Of a stretch of DNA of 64,000 bases, positions 1 through 9,743 are shown in pieces. The position numbers were made by a program, and so were the translations under genes. The DNA comes from Rickettsiales bacterium (GTDB taxonomy: Bacteria; Pseudomonadota; Alphaproteobacteria; Rickettsiales; JABSSG01): assembly GCA_013214525.1 (NCBI GenBank), contig JABSSG010000024.1, forward strand, positions 44,754 through 108,753, written 5' to 3'. The notes beneath the pieces were generated by a model. It saw only the letters and a program-made list of their open reading frames with translations, made no database searches and was not told the origin of the DNA. Positions within the stretch are counted from its first letter, which is position 1, and each line of letters opens with the position of its first letter.

Positions 1-1064
1 TGTAAAACTATATCCTCCCGCCACTTACTATCATTTAATAGCTGCTTTGCTAATGTAAAAGCTTCTGCATTCGAATTATACATAGGTAGTTTTATTTCTG
101 GAAAATCTGATTCCAAATCAGCCCTATAATCTGACAATAAAACTGATGAAGATGCCATAATATCATATACTCTCCATGAACACCCTGTCGGAGTTTGAGT
201 ATGGTTTATATTTAAAGAAACATAGCTTCTGTTATAAATCTTTTCGTTATGTTGCAAAGAAAAAACTGCTCTTTTATCATAAGAGTTAAATATTTTTGGA
301 GACATAAACCCAAGCTTCAGCCACTCCTTTGGTCCAAATATTTTTATACTGAGATCAAGTAGTGAATATACAATTTGAGCTCTTTTAAAACCAGTATTAC
401 TATATTTCAGTATAGGTTCTATATTACCATAGAGAGATGTAATATCAATCTCCTCAATTTTTCTAGAAAACTCTTTAGTATCCTTAACTATATCAATATA
501 TTCAGGTCTATCAAAAAAAAAATTTAGTACACAAGCACCATTAAAGAAAGGATTTCCAATAAAAGATATATTATATTTTTTTTCTTCTTCAGTAGAAACA
601 CATCCAGATGCATTAGGCACTCTAAATATTCTAGAATGATTTTCACAAAATAAATATTTTTTATAATCCGCAACACCAGATCTAGTGGTAGATAAGTAGT
701 AAAAGCGATCCTGATTATTTAAAATAAACTTCTTATCATTAAAAAATTCAAAATAATCAGCATTCCAAAGAGCTATAGGACAACTAAACTCCTTTTCTAT
801 GCCTTCAATTGAAGAATTATTAAACGATATAATTAAATCAGGAGAAAATTTTTTTATTTTCTTTAGTATTTCATACTTTAAAAATTTTGAACGCGGCGTA
901 TTCGATCCGTTCCAAGGACTATATAAAAAATCATTCGTTATTATATGTGCTACATTATGCCCCGCAGAACAAAAAGAGTTTATAAGCCCCTCATACAAAG
1001 AAATAGCTCTAAATTTATTATTGTAAAATACTCCACAATGATGTGTGATTAGTATATTTGCCAT
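1..1064 (-). CDS. CgeB/DUF3880-like glycosyltransferase family protein (start in window, 3' end runs off the left edge)
   Basis: Absent from the ORF track because it has no stop in the window. I checked the frame codon by codon: ATG at 1064-1062 and no stop down to position 3 (>=354 codons). Starts MANILITHHCGVFYNNKF, 1 nt after the stop of the upstream GNAT gene. Strings ISFIGNPFF, IYNRSYVSLNINH and SWRVYDIMASSSVLLSDY resemble CgeB-type glycosyltransferase C-domains. Confidence 0.6.
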   Translation of the reverse strand, partial: MANILITHHCGVFYNNKFRAISLYEGLINSFCSAGHNVAHIITNDFLYSPWNGSNTPRSKFLKYEILKKIKKFSPDLIISFNNSSIEGIEKEFSCPIALWNADYFEFFNDKKFILNNQDRFYYLSTTRSGVADYKKYLFCENHSRIFRVPNASGCVSTEEEKKYNISFIGNPFFNGACVLNFFFDRPEYIDIVKDTKEFSRKIEEIDITSLYGNIEPILKYSNTGFKRAQIVYSLLDLSIKIFGPKEWLKLGFMSPKIFNSYDKRAVFSLQHNEKIYNRSYVSLNINHTQTPTGCSWRVYDIMASSSVLLSDYRADLESDFPEIKLPMYNSNAEAFTLAKQLLNDSKWREDIVL

Positions 1065-1065
1065 T

Positions 1066-1674
1066 TTATGTCCTTTTATTTAACACTTGAATTCCATTGG
1101 GCAAAAATTCACTATATTTTTTTAATAAGTCTTCAATTTCTTCTTTTGAAATAGAGAAAAAATAATCCAACCATGTTTCACCTATACGTTTTGCACCAAG
1201 TTTTTCATAAAATTTCCAAACACGTATATTTTTTTTTCTAGCATTAAAATGTGACATCATAAACCCTAACTGTAACCCATAACAATACAGTATTAATATA
1301 GACTCAAGACCAAAAAACTTTGAAATTCCATCTTTAAGTATCCAAGAACCCCAAGAAAATGAATCTCCTTTTTGATCATATAACCTAATTGTGCCTAAAG
1401 CTTCTCCTATTTTATTTTGTATAATAAAATAAGCTTGTGAATTATCTCTGCTATATTTATCTAACCAATCCTTTTGTGCACCAATATCTCGCTTGGTATA
1501 GGATATAAACCTAGATTTTTTAATGTCTGTCCTCAAATCCAGTATAAATTTTGCATCTTTAACAGATGCATTTCTAAATACGAGATGGTTGCCTATTATT
1601 TTATCAGCTTTTTTTAAAATTGGCTTATCAAGATTCAAATTTATTTCAGTCATATAAATTAATTTCTTAAGCAA
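1066..1674 (-). CDS. GNAT-family N-acetyltransferase, likely amino-sugar acetyltransferase of the dTDP-sugar cluster
   Basis: 202-aa ORF with RimL/WecD-like GNAT layout (LVFRNASVKDAKFILDLR..., QLGFMMSHFNARKKNIRVWKFYEKLGAKR). Start is ambiguous: ATG 1674 overlaps rfbB by 16 nt, while ATG 1653 (MTEINL) lies 5 nt after the rfbB stop. Confidence 0.7.
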   Translation of the reverse strand: MLKKLIYMTEINLNLDKPILKKADKIIGNHLVFRNASVKDAKFILDLRTDIKKSRFISYTKRDIGAQKDWLDKYSRDNSQAYFIIQNKIGEALGTIRLYDQKGDSFSWGSWILKDGISKFFGLESILILYCYGLQLGFMMSHFNARKKNIRVWKFYEKLGAKRIGETWLDYFFSISKEEIEDLLKKYSEFLPNGIQVLNKRT

Positions 1675-2729
1675 TATTCATTAATACTAGTCACTTCAAT
1701 CATTGCACTATTTTGCAAAGCATCATTTCTTTTCACTCCAATATACCATTTTATAGTTTCATGCCAATATTTTTTATAATCATTGCCTGGTATAAACCCC
1801 AATTCTTGAGAAGCTTTTTTAAAATTAATAGCATAACGCCAATCATGTCCTTTGCGGTCATCAACTAGACCAAGCTGATCTAAATAACTCTTATTATCTG
1901 AGCGTGGCTTTATTCGATCTAACATTGAACAAATTAATTTAGCTACATCCATATTTTGTAATTCATTATTTCCTCCAAAACAATAGCTTTCACCAAGTTT
2001 ACCTTTTGTAATAGCTAAATACATACCTCTGCAATGATCTTTTACATATAACCAATCACGAATATTTTTGCCAGTTCCATAAATTGGAATTTTTTGGTTA
2101 TTCAAAGCATTATAAATAACTGTCGGAATTAATTTTTCTAAATTTTGTCTCGGACCAAAATTATTCGAACAATGAGAAATTATTATGGGCAATTCATAAG
2201 TAGACCACCAAGCACGAACCAAATGGTCTCCTGATGCTTTCGATGCAGAATAAGGAGAATTAGGAGCATACGGAGTTGATTCTGTAAATGGCTCATCAGT
2301 ATCACTAAGCGATCCAAATACTTCATCAGTTGATACATGAAGAAATCTAAAATCTTTGAATTTGTTACGCTTCTGCCAATAAGCATAAGCAGCATTTAAC
2401 ATTGAATATGTACCATTCACGTTAGTCTTAATAAATGCATTGGCATCTTTGATTGAATTATCTACGTGAGTTTCAGCAGCCAAATTAAAAATATAATCTA
2501 TTTTATGATCATGTAATAAGCCACTAACAAGTTCTGTATTACAAATATCCCCTTGAATAAAAACAACTTTTTTTGTTTTTAAAGCCAATTTTAGATTATC
2601 TAAACTTCCTGCATAAGTAAGCTTATCGAATATAACAACATCATATCCCAAACCTGCAAGATAATCTACAAGATGACTTCCTATAAATCCTGCACCACCA
2701 GTTACAAGTATTTTTTTTCTATTATCCAT
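1659..2729 (-). CDS. rfbB: dTDP-glucose 4,6-dehydratase
   Basis: 356 aa. Rossmann motif VTGGAGFIGSH, catalytic YSASKASGDHL (YxxxK) and SNNFGPRQNLEKLIP, all typical of RmlB. Sits in an rml-type cluster. Confidence 0.92.
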   Translation of the reverse strand: MDNRKKILVTGGAGFIGSHLVDYLAGLGYDVVIFDKLTYAGSLDNLKLALKTKKVVFIQGDICNTELVSGLLHDHKIDYIFNLAAETHVDNSIKDANAFIKTNVNGTYSMLNAAYAYWQKRNKFKDFRFLHVSTDEVFGSLSDTDEPFTESTPYAPNSPYSASKASGDHLVRAWWSTYELPIIISHCSNNFGPRQNLEKLIPTVIYNALNNQKIPIYGTGKNIRDWLYVKDHCRGMYLAITKGKLGESYCFGGNNELQNMDVAKLICSMLDRIKPRSDNKSYLDQLGLVDDRKGHDWRYAINFKKASQELGFIPGNDYKKYWHETIKWYIGVKRNDALQNSAMIEVTSINEYCLRN

Positions 2730-2732
2730 ATT

Positions 2733-4307
2733 TTAGCGATTCTCTAATCTATTGAAACATTCTATAATAACTTTACAAACATACAATACCTCATCTGCAG
2801 AAATAAAGGGATCTATTGGCAAAGAAATTTCTGTTTTAGAAATCCTTTCTGCAACAGGAAATTTTTCTGTAGAACAATAAATGTTAGACTTGTGAATTGG
2901 TATAGGATAATGCATATTTGTATCAATGCCATTATTTTTTAATTCTGCTATAAGATCTTCCCTGAGGTTTGAATTACGTACACAAATTGGAAAAACATGC
3001 CATACTGGCTTAATAGAATAAACAAATTTAGGTAGTTGCAACCCTTCAACATTAGATAGTTCTTTCAAATATATGTTAGCTAATTCACATCTTTTTTGAT
3101 TCCAGTTATCAAGAAATTTAAGTTTAACACTTAAAAAAGCTGCCTGAATAGAATCAAGTCTAGAGTTTACACCTTTAATTTCATGAATATATTTTTTATT
3201 ACTACCATAATTACATAACATTCGAATTTTTTTAGCTAAACTGTCATCATTTGTAGTAACACAACCAGCATCTCCTAAGGCACCAAGATTTTTTGTAGGG
3301 TAAAAACTAAATGCAGCGGCATGACCTAAAGATCCTATTTTTTTATTTTTATAAAACGCTCCATGAGCTTGTGCCGCATCTTCCAATACAAAAAGATTAT
3401 GTTCTCTTGCAATTTTCATAATAGAATCCATATCAACTGGAATACCATAAAGATGCACTGGAATAATAGCTTTGGTTCTTGAAGTAATTTTTTTCAATAT
3501 TTGATCTATTTGCAATCCATAAGAACTAGGACTACAATCAACAAAAACTGGGCTTGCACCACATGATTCAACAGCAAGTGCAGTTGCAATGAATGAATTT
3601 ACTGGAATTATGACCTCATCACCATATCTAATTCCTAATGCTTTAAGAGCTATAGTCAAAGCATCCAGTCCATTACCACATCCAATAGCATTTTTTACAC
3701 TACAATAATTTGCAAATTCTTTTTCAAAACTCTGTACAGAGCTGCCTATAATAAAATCATTTTTTTCTATTTCTTTATTAAAGGCTTCCTGTAATTTAAA
3801 CTCCATATCTTTGTGACATCTATTTAAAGCAAGATATGGAACGTTTTTTATACTATTATTTTCTCTAAGCCATATTTTAAAATTATCATAATCTCGAATA
3901 TAATCAGATTCTTCGTATTTTTCTGATGCTAAAACAGAAACTATAGCATCATTAGACATTTTTATCTCACGCCAATATCCTGGTGGTAAAAGCAGACCTT
4001 GATTATTTGTAGAAAGATTAAATGTAAATTTACCTTGAACTCCTTCCAAATAAATTTCACATTGCCCCGATATACAAACTATAAACTGCCAAAGTTTCTT
4101 ATGAGCATGTTGACCTCTAACTTTATTACCAGAAGAATTAGTTAATAGATAATGTCGCTTTACATAAAAGGGAAGCTCTTTTGAATATTCTATAACAGTC
4201 AATTCTGCTCCATCTTTTTCAATATGTTGACATTGAACAACCATGGGCAAAAGTTTAGATTTAGATATGCTGATATTAAAACTTTTCTTAAAAACCAAAT
4301 CAGTCAT
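2733..4307 (-). CDS. Fused FdtA/WxcM-type dTDP-4-keto-6-deoxyglucose 3,4-ketoisomerase plus DegT/DnrJ/EryC1-type PLP aminotransferase
   Basis: The track ORF starts at 4370, which would overlap rfbA by 71 nt. ATG at 4307 (MTDLVFKK) gives the coupling overlap ATGACTGA with the rfbA stop. The N-terminal cupin carries RGQHAHK (FdtA-like). The C-terminal ~370 aa carry [16 protein letters not shown] (PLP lysine region) and the DegT layout. Confidence 0.85.
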   Translation of the reverse strand: MTDLVFKKSFNISISKSKLLPMVVQCQHIEKDGAELTVIEYSKELPFYVKRHYLLTNSSGNKVRGQHAHKKLWQFIVCISGQCEIYLEGVQGKFTFNLSTNNQGLLLPPGYWREIKMSNDAIVSVLASEKYEESDYIRDYDNFKIWLRENNSIKNVPYLALNRCHKDMEFKLQEAFNKEIEKNDFIIGSSVQSFEKEFANYCSVKNAIGCGNGLDALTIALKALGIRYGDEVIIPVNSFIATALAVESCGASPVFVDCSPSSYGLQIDQILKKITSRTKAIIPVHLYGIPVDMDSIMKIAREHNLFVLEDAAQAHGAFYKNKKIGSLGHAAAFSFYPTKNLGALGDAGCVTTNDDSLAKKIRMLCNYGSNKKYIHEIKGVNSRLDSIQAAFLSVKLKFLDNWNQKRCELANIYLKELSNVEGLQLPKFVYSIKPVWHVFPICVRNSNLREDLIAELKNNGIDTNMHYPIPIHKSNIYCSTEKFPVAERISKTEISLPIDPFISADEVLYVCKVIIECFNRLENR

Positions 4308-5175
4308 CAATATGCTCCAATATCTTTTTCTTATATCTAATATCTTTTCTGCCTTGAACAGTCTGATCAAATAATTGCTGTTTGGAGATATAACCCATAT
4401 TATACGCAGCTTCTTCTGGAGACCCTATTAATTGACCAGTATATTTTTGTTGTAACCGAATATAATTTGATGCATCATTCATAGTATCATATGTACCTAC
4501 GTCAACCCAAAAATCACCTCTTGAGAGTTTAGAGCATTGGAGAGTTCCAGCACTTAAATATAAATTATTAAGATCCGTTATTTCCAGTTCTCCCCGATCA
4601 CTCGGTTTTAAAGATTTAGATTTCTCAACCACCGTTTCATCATAAATATATAAACCTATCGCAGCAATATTTGATTTAGGATTTAAAGGTTTTTCCTCAA
4701 TAGAAATGACTTTTGATGTAGTTTTTTCAAATTCAATAACACCATAACTCTCTGGATTATGTACAGGAACTCCAAATATTGTTGCTCCAATATTTGCACA
4801 TATAGATTTATTAATAAAATTTCCAATCTGGGATTTATTCAAAATATTATCTCCTAATATCATCACACAAGGAGAACCATTAAGAAATTTTTCTGCAATA
4901 ATAAAAGCTTCTGCTATACCATTGGGTTTTTCTTGTGATGCATATTGTAAAGAGATCCCAAATCTTGAACCATCACCAAGAACACGCTGTAAAATGGAAT
5001 TAGACTCTTCTGTACTAATTATCAAGATTTCTTTTATGGACGAAAGCAATAACATTGTTAAAGGATAATATATCACTGGCTTATCATAAATTGGTAACAA
5101 TTGCTTACATACAACATTTGTCAATGGAGACAACCTTGTTACATATCCACCAGCCAGAATGATTCCTTTATGCAT
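4300..5175 (-). CDS. rfbA: Glucose-1-phosphate thymidylyltransferase
   Basis: 291 aa. [13 protein letters not shown]...[16 protein letters not shown]...ILIIST...RGELEITD aligns along its whole length with RmlA. The G-loop reads GGYVTRL instead of the canonical GGSGTRL. Confidence 0.9.
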   Translation of the reverse strand: MHKGIILAGGYVTRLSPLTNVVCKQLLPIYDKPVIYYPLTMLLLSSIKEILIISTEESNSILQRVLGDGSRFGISLQYASQEKPNGIAEAFIIAEKFLNGSPCVMILGDNILNKSQIGNFINKSICANIGATIFGVPVHNPESYGVIEFEKTTSKVISIEEKPLNPKSNIAAIGLYIYDETVVEKSKSLKPSDRGELEITDLNNLYLSAGTLQCSKLSRGDFWVDVGTYDTMNDASNYIRLQQKYTGQLIGSPEEAAYNMGYISKQQLFDQTVQGRKDIRYKKKILEHIDD

Positions 5176-5237
5176 TATTTAACCTATTTTTAATTTTTAT
5201 ATTACTCCAAATATAATGAACAATATACTAAATTAGA

Positions 5238-6392
5238 TTATATTATCGCTTGCTCTAATATTGCTTGCTGCTGTTCATTATATGCAATATCCATTGCACA
5301 TAAAATCTTTTTATTCACTTTTCGCACATCATATTTTTCTTCAGCTATTCGCCTGCTTGCCTTACCCATCTTTAAAATATTTCTTGGAAATAAAATAAAT
5401 CTTTCCATTGCTTTAGCCAAAGAATTACTATCTTTTATTGGAACTAAATAGCCATTCACTCCATCGTAAATCGTTTCTCTACACCCTGCTGTATCCGTAG
5501 TAATTATAGGTCTCCCCATTGCCATAGCTTCCAAAGTTGCTTGTGATCTCCCTTCACGATATGAAGGAAGAACAAATATACTTGCGTTTTTTAGAGCTTG
5601 TCTTACATCAGTATTATCATCAATATAATTAATAATTTTATTATCAATAAAATAATTAAACTCTTCTTGTGTTAAAGAAGTAGGGTTTGAATCCAAACTA
5701 CCAAACAAATAAAATGAAATCTGAGGATATTTATTTTTTAATTTATTACATGCATATATATATTCATAAATCCCTTTATCTTTAATAAATCTAGCCACCA
5801 TTACAAAAGAAATTTGCTTAGGAATTGTACTAAAACTATAGTGTTGTAAATTTACACCTTCGCCGTCTACCAAAACCACTTTTTCTTTTTCTGTAATTTT
5901 TTTGTGAACGAAAAAACTGAGATCATCTGAGTTTTGAAAAAACACTTTTTGGTTATATCTCAATGCAAACTTGTATAATAATTTTGTTAGCTCCCTAACA
6001 AACTTATTACCACTTACAAAAATAGAACCAAGACCAGTAATAGTGGAATATATTTTTTTGATTCCACAAAATTTTGCAGCAAGTGATCCATAAATCACTG
6101 GCTTAATATTGGATAAATAAACAATATCAGGTCTTATTTTTTTAAAAATTTTATACAAAGATATAAAACTAAAGATATCATTAAAAATATTATAACTAGC
6201 TCGATCTAAATTTACATTTACAGTCTCTACATTTAATTTTCTTAAACATTCCTTAACTTGCCAAACATGAGAATCTGACGGAATACAAGCAATAACCTTA
6301 TAGTTTGCTCGTTGAAAGTCTTTCATTAGATCTAGACGCATTTTTATCAAAGAAATCGAAGCTGCACTAAAAAATAAAATTGTTTTACTCAT
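5238..6392 (-). CDS. GT4-family (GT-B) glycosyltransferase
   Basis: 384 aa. C-terminal EGRSQATLEAMAMGRPIITTDTAGCRETIYDGVNGYLV is the classic GT4 E-x7-E region. Confidence 0.85.
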   Translation of the reverse strand: MSKTILFFSAASISLIKMRLDLMKDFQRANYKVIACIPSDSHVWQVKECLRKLNVETVNVNLDRASYNIFNDIFSFISLYKIFKKIRPDIVYLSNIKPVIYGSLAAKFCGIKKIYSTITGLGSIFVSGNKFVRELTKLLYKFALRYNQKVFFQNSDDLSFFVHKKITEKEKVVLVDGEGVNLQHYSFSTIPKQISFVMVARFIKDKGIYEYIYACNKLKNKYPQISFYLFGSLDSNPTSLTQEEFNYFIDNKIINYIDDNTDVRQALKNASIFVLPSYREGRSQATLEAMAMGRPIITTDTAGCRETIYDGVNGYLVPIKDSNSLAKAMERFILFPRNILKMGKASRRIAEEKYDVRKVNKKILCAMDIAYNEQQQAILEQAII

Positions 6393-6863
6393 TCTGTCCT
6401 AACTACACTTGAAACATTAAAATATTATATAATAAATGACTTCAACCTTTTCTACCAGATTAATGCTCATATCAATATTTTCTTACAATTCCTGTAATTT
6501 TATACATATTATGTAGAAGTTCAATACATATTGGACTCATGCAGCAAGTCTCAAAGATTGTTTAATATACTCAAGAGGAGTAAAATATACTAATAAATAT
6601 TGCAGCTGTTATAACAGAAACCAACAAACTTAGGCGCCCATTAATATAATTAATAATTATCTTAGTCATTTTATTGATCATTAAATAAGGAATCATTGGC
6701 AGCAATGCTACCACATTCTAAAAAAATTGCTAATAAATCATACCTACATTGCACAGCTGTAGTTCGCAATTTTAAAGAAAAATAACAACTGATCGTCATT
6801 AACTCTTAATGCACCCCTTCAAAATGCTTACCAAATAACAATTTTGACCAGTTTAGTAAAACA

Positions 6864-8681
6864 TCAAAAACCACTAAGAATAGCGTCAAGAATGATAATT
6901 TCAACACGTTCTTGATTTTGCCAACGATTGAGAGAGAGAGTAGCAATAAGATTAAGGTTAGGTCTTTTTGATAATAATATTTCACCTATAGAGCTTTGAG
7001 TTCCTCTAAAGCAAATCCCACGAATAGTTTTATTTGAGTCTGGATTAGAAAAATCTTTCAAAACACAAGAAACATGCTCTCCTCTAACCAGAGAAGGATG
7101 AACTATTGATACTGAACTCAGCATAAATTTAGGTTGTTCATTACCTATGCCAAACGGCCCTATTTTATTAATTTGCCTAACTAAATCTATAGTAATTGAT
7201 TCTATTGAAAGCACGTTATCATAAAAATTAACTCCATTTTCCATTATAGCTTTGTAAGGTTCTTTAAATTGCTCATTAAAAAAAGATTTAAGATCATCTA
7301 TTTTATTTTGTTTAACTGTAAAACCTGCTGCCATTGCATGACCACCACCTGCTTCAAGTAAGCCTATCTTCTTAGCTTCAAGTATTGTTTGACCAATATC
7401 AATCCCTTTTATAGATCTACAAGAAGCTTTACCTAAACCTTCTTTATCAATTGAAATTACAAAAGATGGTTTACCAAATTTTTCCTTTAATCGTTCAGCA
7501 ACTATACCAATTACTCCGTGATGCCAATCTTCACCATCCACGCATGTAAATGGAACATCCTTACCAACAAAAGCAGCCTCAGCTATCGCTTCATTTAAAG
7601 TTTTATTTTCAATAATTTTACGCTCATGATTATACATCTCCAGTCTCATGGCAATATCCAGACATTTTTTATAGTCCTCACAACTAAGAAGTTCTGAACC
7701 CAAATGAGATTGACCAACTCGACCGCTTGCGTTAATTTTAGGTCCAAGCACAAAACCTAAATGATAAGTTGAAATATTAGTAGACCCCACAGGAACTCTT
7801 GAAGTTTCAAGTAATGCTTTTATACCTAAATTGTTCTGTGCTTCTATTACCTTTAATCCTTGCTTAACAAAAATTCTGTTTAAACCCATAAGTGGCATCA
7901 TGTCGCATACAGTGCCAAGTGCTACTAAGTCTAATAACAATAATAGATCTGGAATTTCTACAGGCTTAACAATTTCCAATTCTACTGCCTTCTTTGTAAC
8001 TGCAATCACAAACAAAAAAGATACCCCTACTGCAGCTAAATAATTCAGATTTGAAGAATCATCCAATCTGCTTGGGTTTACTACAACTGCATCAGGTAAA
8101 TTCTCGCCACAAAGATGATGATCTATAACAATTACCTTCATGCCTAAAGCATTTGCTTTTTCTATTGCTTCATGTGAACTTGAACCACAATCTACTGTAA
8201 TTAAAAGTTCAGTCCCATAATTTCGTATTTTATCCATTGCCTCCAGATTAAGACCATACCCTTCTAATGTTCTATCAGGAATATAAATTTCTACTTCCTC
8301 CATTCCTAAGAAAGTTAAACATCTTTTAATTAAAGCAGAAGAAGTTGCCCCATCTACATCATAATCACCAAAAATTGTAATTTTTTTCTTTTCTTTTAAA
8401 GCAGCAATTGTCAGATCGACTGCTTTATCTATGTCCATTAATTTATCTAACTCAGGCAGAAATTTTTTCAACTTTGGATTTAAGAAATCATCAATCTTCC
8501 CTGGGTGAATATTTTTTCTTGCAAGAAGTTCTGCAATTATATGTGGTATATTAGAATTATTCTTTATAGCATTAACTAAATTTTCATCTACAGAAAGTTT
8601 AGTCCATTTCTTGTTTTTTACAGATTTATAAACTGGAAAAGATTTAAGATCAGATGTCCGTTGCTCTTCTGCTTTGATCAT
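6864..8681 (-). CDS. recJ: Single-stranded-DNA-specific exonuclease RecJ
   Basis: 605 aa. DHH family motifs IFGDYDVDGATS, TVDCGS, VIVIDHH and GGGHAMAAGF. Confidence 0.93.
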   Translation of the reverse strand: MIKAEEQRTSDLKSFPVYKSVKNKKWTKLSVDENLVNAIKNNSNIPHIIAELLARKNIHPGKIDDFLNPKLKKFLPELDKLMDIDKAVDLTIAALKEKKKITIFGDYDVDGATSSALIKRCLTFLGMEEVEIYIPDRTLEGYGLNLEAMDKIRNYGTELLITVDCGSSSHEAIEKANALGMKVIVIDHHLCGENLPDAVVVNPSRLDDSSNLNYLAAVGVSFLFVIAVTKKAVELEIVKPVEIPDLLLLLDLVALGTVCDMMPLMGLNRIFVKQGLKVIEAQNNLGIKALLETSRVPVGSTNISTYHLGFVLGPKINASGRVGQSHLGSELLSCEDYKKCLDIAMRLEMYNHERKIIENKTLNEAIAEAAFVGKDVPFTCVDGEDWHHGVIGIVAERLKEKFGKPSFVISIDKEGLGKASCRSIKGIDIGQTILEAKKIGLLEAGGGHAMAAGFTVKQNKIDDLKSFFNEQFKEPYKAIMENGVNFYDNVLSIESITIDLVRQINKIGPFGIGNEQPKFMLSSVSIVHPSLVRGEHVSCVLKDFSNPDSNKTIRGICFRGTQSSIGEILLSKRPNLNLIATLSLNRWQNQERVEIIILDAILSGF

Positions 8682-8717
8682 AACCCATTATCTTATCATA
8701 AGAAAACTTCCAATCTT

Positions 8718-9692
8718 TTAATTTGGTATATGTTCTGTTTTAATATATCTGATAGCTTTATGTTTCGAACTCATTGAAATAGAATTTGTTCGTACACCGC
8801 CATTTTTTAGCTTTTTAACGCCTTCAAGCAAAGAACCACTTGTTACTCCTGTTGCAACAAACATAATATCTTCTCCTTTAGCCATATCATCAATTATATA
8901 TTTGTGATTTAAATCACTGATCCCCATACTATAGGCACGAGTTTTTTGTATTTCATCATCAAATTTTAAACGACTCATCATTTGTCCACCAGTTGTAGAT
9001 AAAGCAGCAGCGGCAAGAACACCTTCTGGTGCACCACCTATCCCTACATACATATCCACAGCAGTATTAGGTAGTGCTGTTGCAATCACAGCAGCTATAT
9101 CGCCATCTTTTATTAACTGAATTCTGCTGCCCGCTTCCCTAATTTTAGCAATCAACTCTTCATGTCTGGGGCGGTCTAATACAACTACTGTTAGATCCTC
9201 TATGGAACATTTCTTTAATTTAGCCAAATTAGCCAGATTTTTTTTTATAGGATCATCAAGATCAATTATCAATGAATTATGTCTCTCACCAATAGCTATC
9301 TTTTCCATATAAACATCAGGTGCATTCAATAAACCACCTGCTTCTGTCATTGCTATTACAGACATGGAGTTAAGACCTCCTGTAGCACAAATAGTTGTTC
9401 CTTCTAAGGGATCAAGAGCTATATCTATTTTAGGGCCATTTCCTGTGCCAACTTTTTCTCCAACATATAACATTGGAGCTTTATCTCTTTCCCCTTCACC
9501 AATTACAACAGTTCCTTCTATATTCATCTGAGCAAGCGCAGACCGCATTGCATTAACAGCTACTTCATCAGCTTTCTTTTCATCCCCTCTGCCAATCATT
9601 GAATATGCTGCAATAGCTGCTGCTTCAGTCACTCGTATTGCTTCCAATAATATATTACTGTCCAATTTAGTTGCTAGTGATGTATCAGTCAT
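8718..9692 (-). CDS. glpX: Fructose-1,6-bisphosphatase class II
   Basis: 324 aa. GlpX-type strings VAVNAMR, GEGERDKAPMLYVGEKVG, DPLEGTT and GGAPEGVLAAAAL. Confidence 0.92.
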   Translation of the reverse strand: MTDTSLATKLDSNILLEAIRVTEAAAIAAYSMIGRGDEKKADEVAVNAMRSALAQMNIEGTVVIGEGERDKAPMLYVGEKVGTGNGPKIDIALDPLEGTTICATGGLNSMSVIAMTEAGGLLNAPDVYMEKIAIGERHNSLIIDLDDPIKKNLANLAKLKKCSIEDLTVVVLDRPRHEELIAKIREAGSRIQLIKDGDIAAVIATALPNTAVDMYVGIGGAPEGVLAAAALSTTGGQMMSRLKFDDEIQKTRAYSMGISDLNHKYIIDDMAKGEDIMFVATGVTSGSLLEGVKKLKNGGVRTNSISMSSKHKAIRYIKTEHIPN

Positions 9693-9743
9693 AGATAATT
9701 TTTAGCTAAATATAATACTCTGTCCTAGACTAACATTTTAATG

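Noticed and set aside
2183..2395. Short ORFs embedded in or antisense to large conserved genes. Examples: 2183..2395, 7831..8043, 9773..9988, 10409..10621, 11605..11808, 12637..12882, 14974..15243, 20676..21202, 28902..29339, 33361..33579, 35943..36368, 41049..41906, 42446..43036, 47124..48239, 57049..57459, 61408..62097 and 63336..63818.
   Set aside because: All lie fully inside well-supported genes, in alternative frames or on the opposite strand. Their translations are low-complexity and AT-codon-driven, and they lack RBS context. They are typical shadow ORFs of an AT-rich genome.
2733..4370. The 21-codon N-terminal extension of the fused isomerase-aminotransferase ORF as given in the track (start at 4370).
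   Set aside because: It would overlap rfbA by 71 nt, and its residues ([21 protein letters not shown]) are just the alternative-frame reading of the rfbA 3' end. The ATG at 4307 gives a classic ATGACTGA coupling overlap and a sensible FdtA N-terminus.
6560..6670. A ~32-codon hydrophobic mini-ORF on the minus strand (MTKIIINYINGRLSLLVSVITAAIFISIFYSS) in the large spacer before recJ.
   Set aside because: It is too short and compositionally trivial for an AT-rich genome. It has no RBS and no conservation evidence. I mention it only as something a ribosome-profiling data set could revisit.
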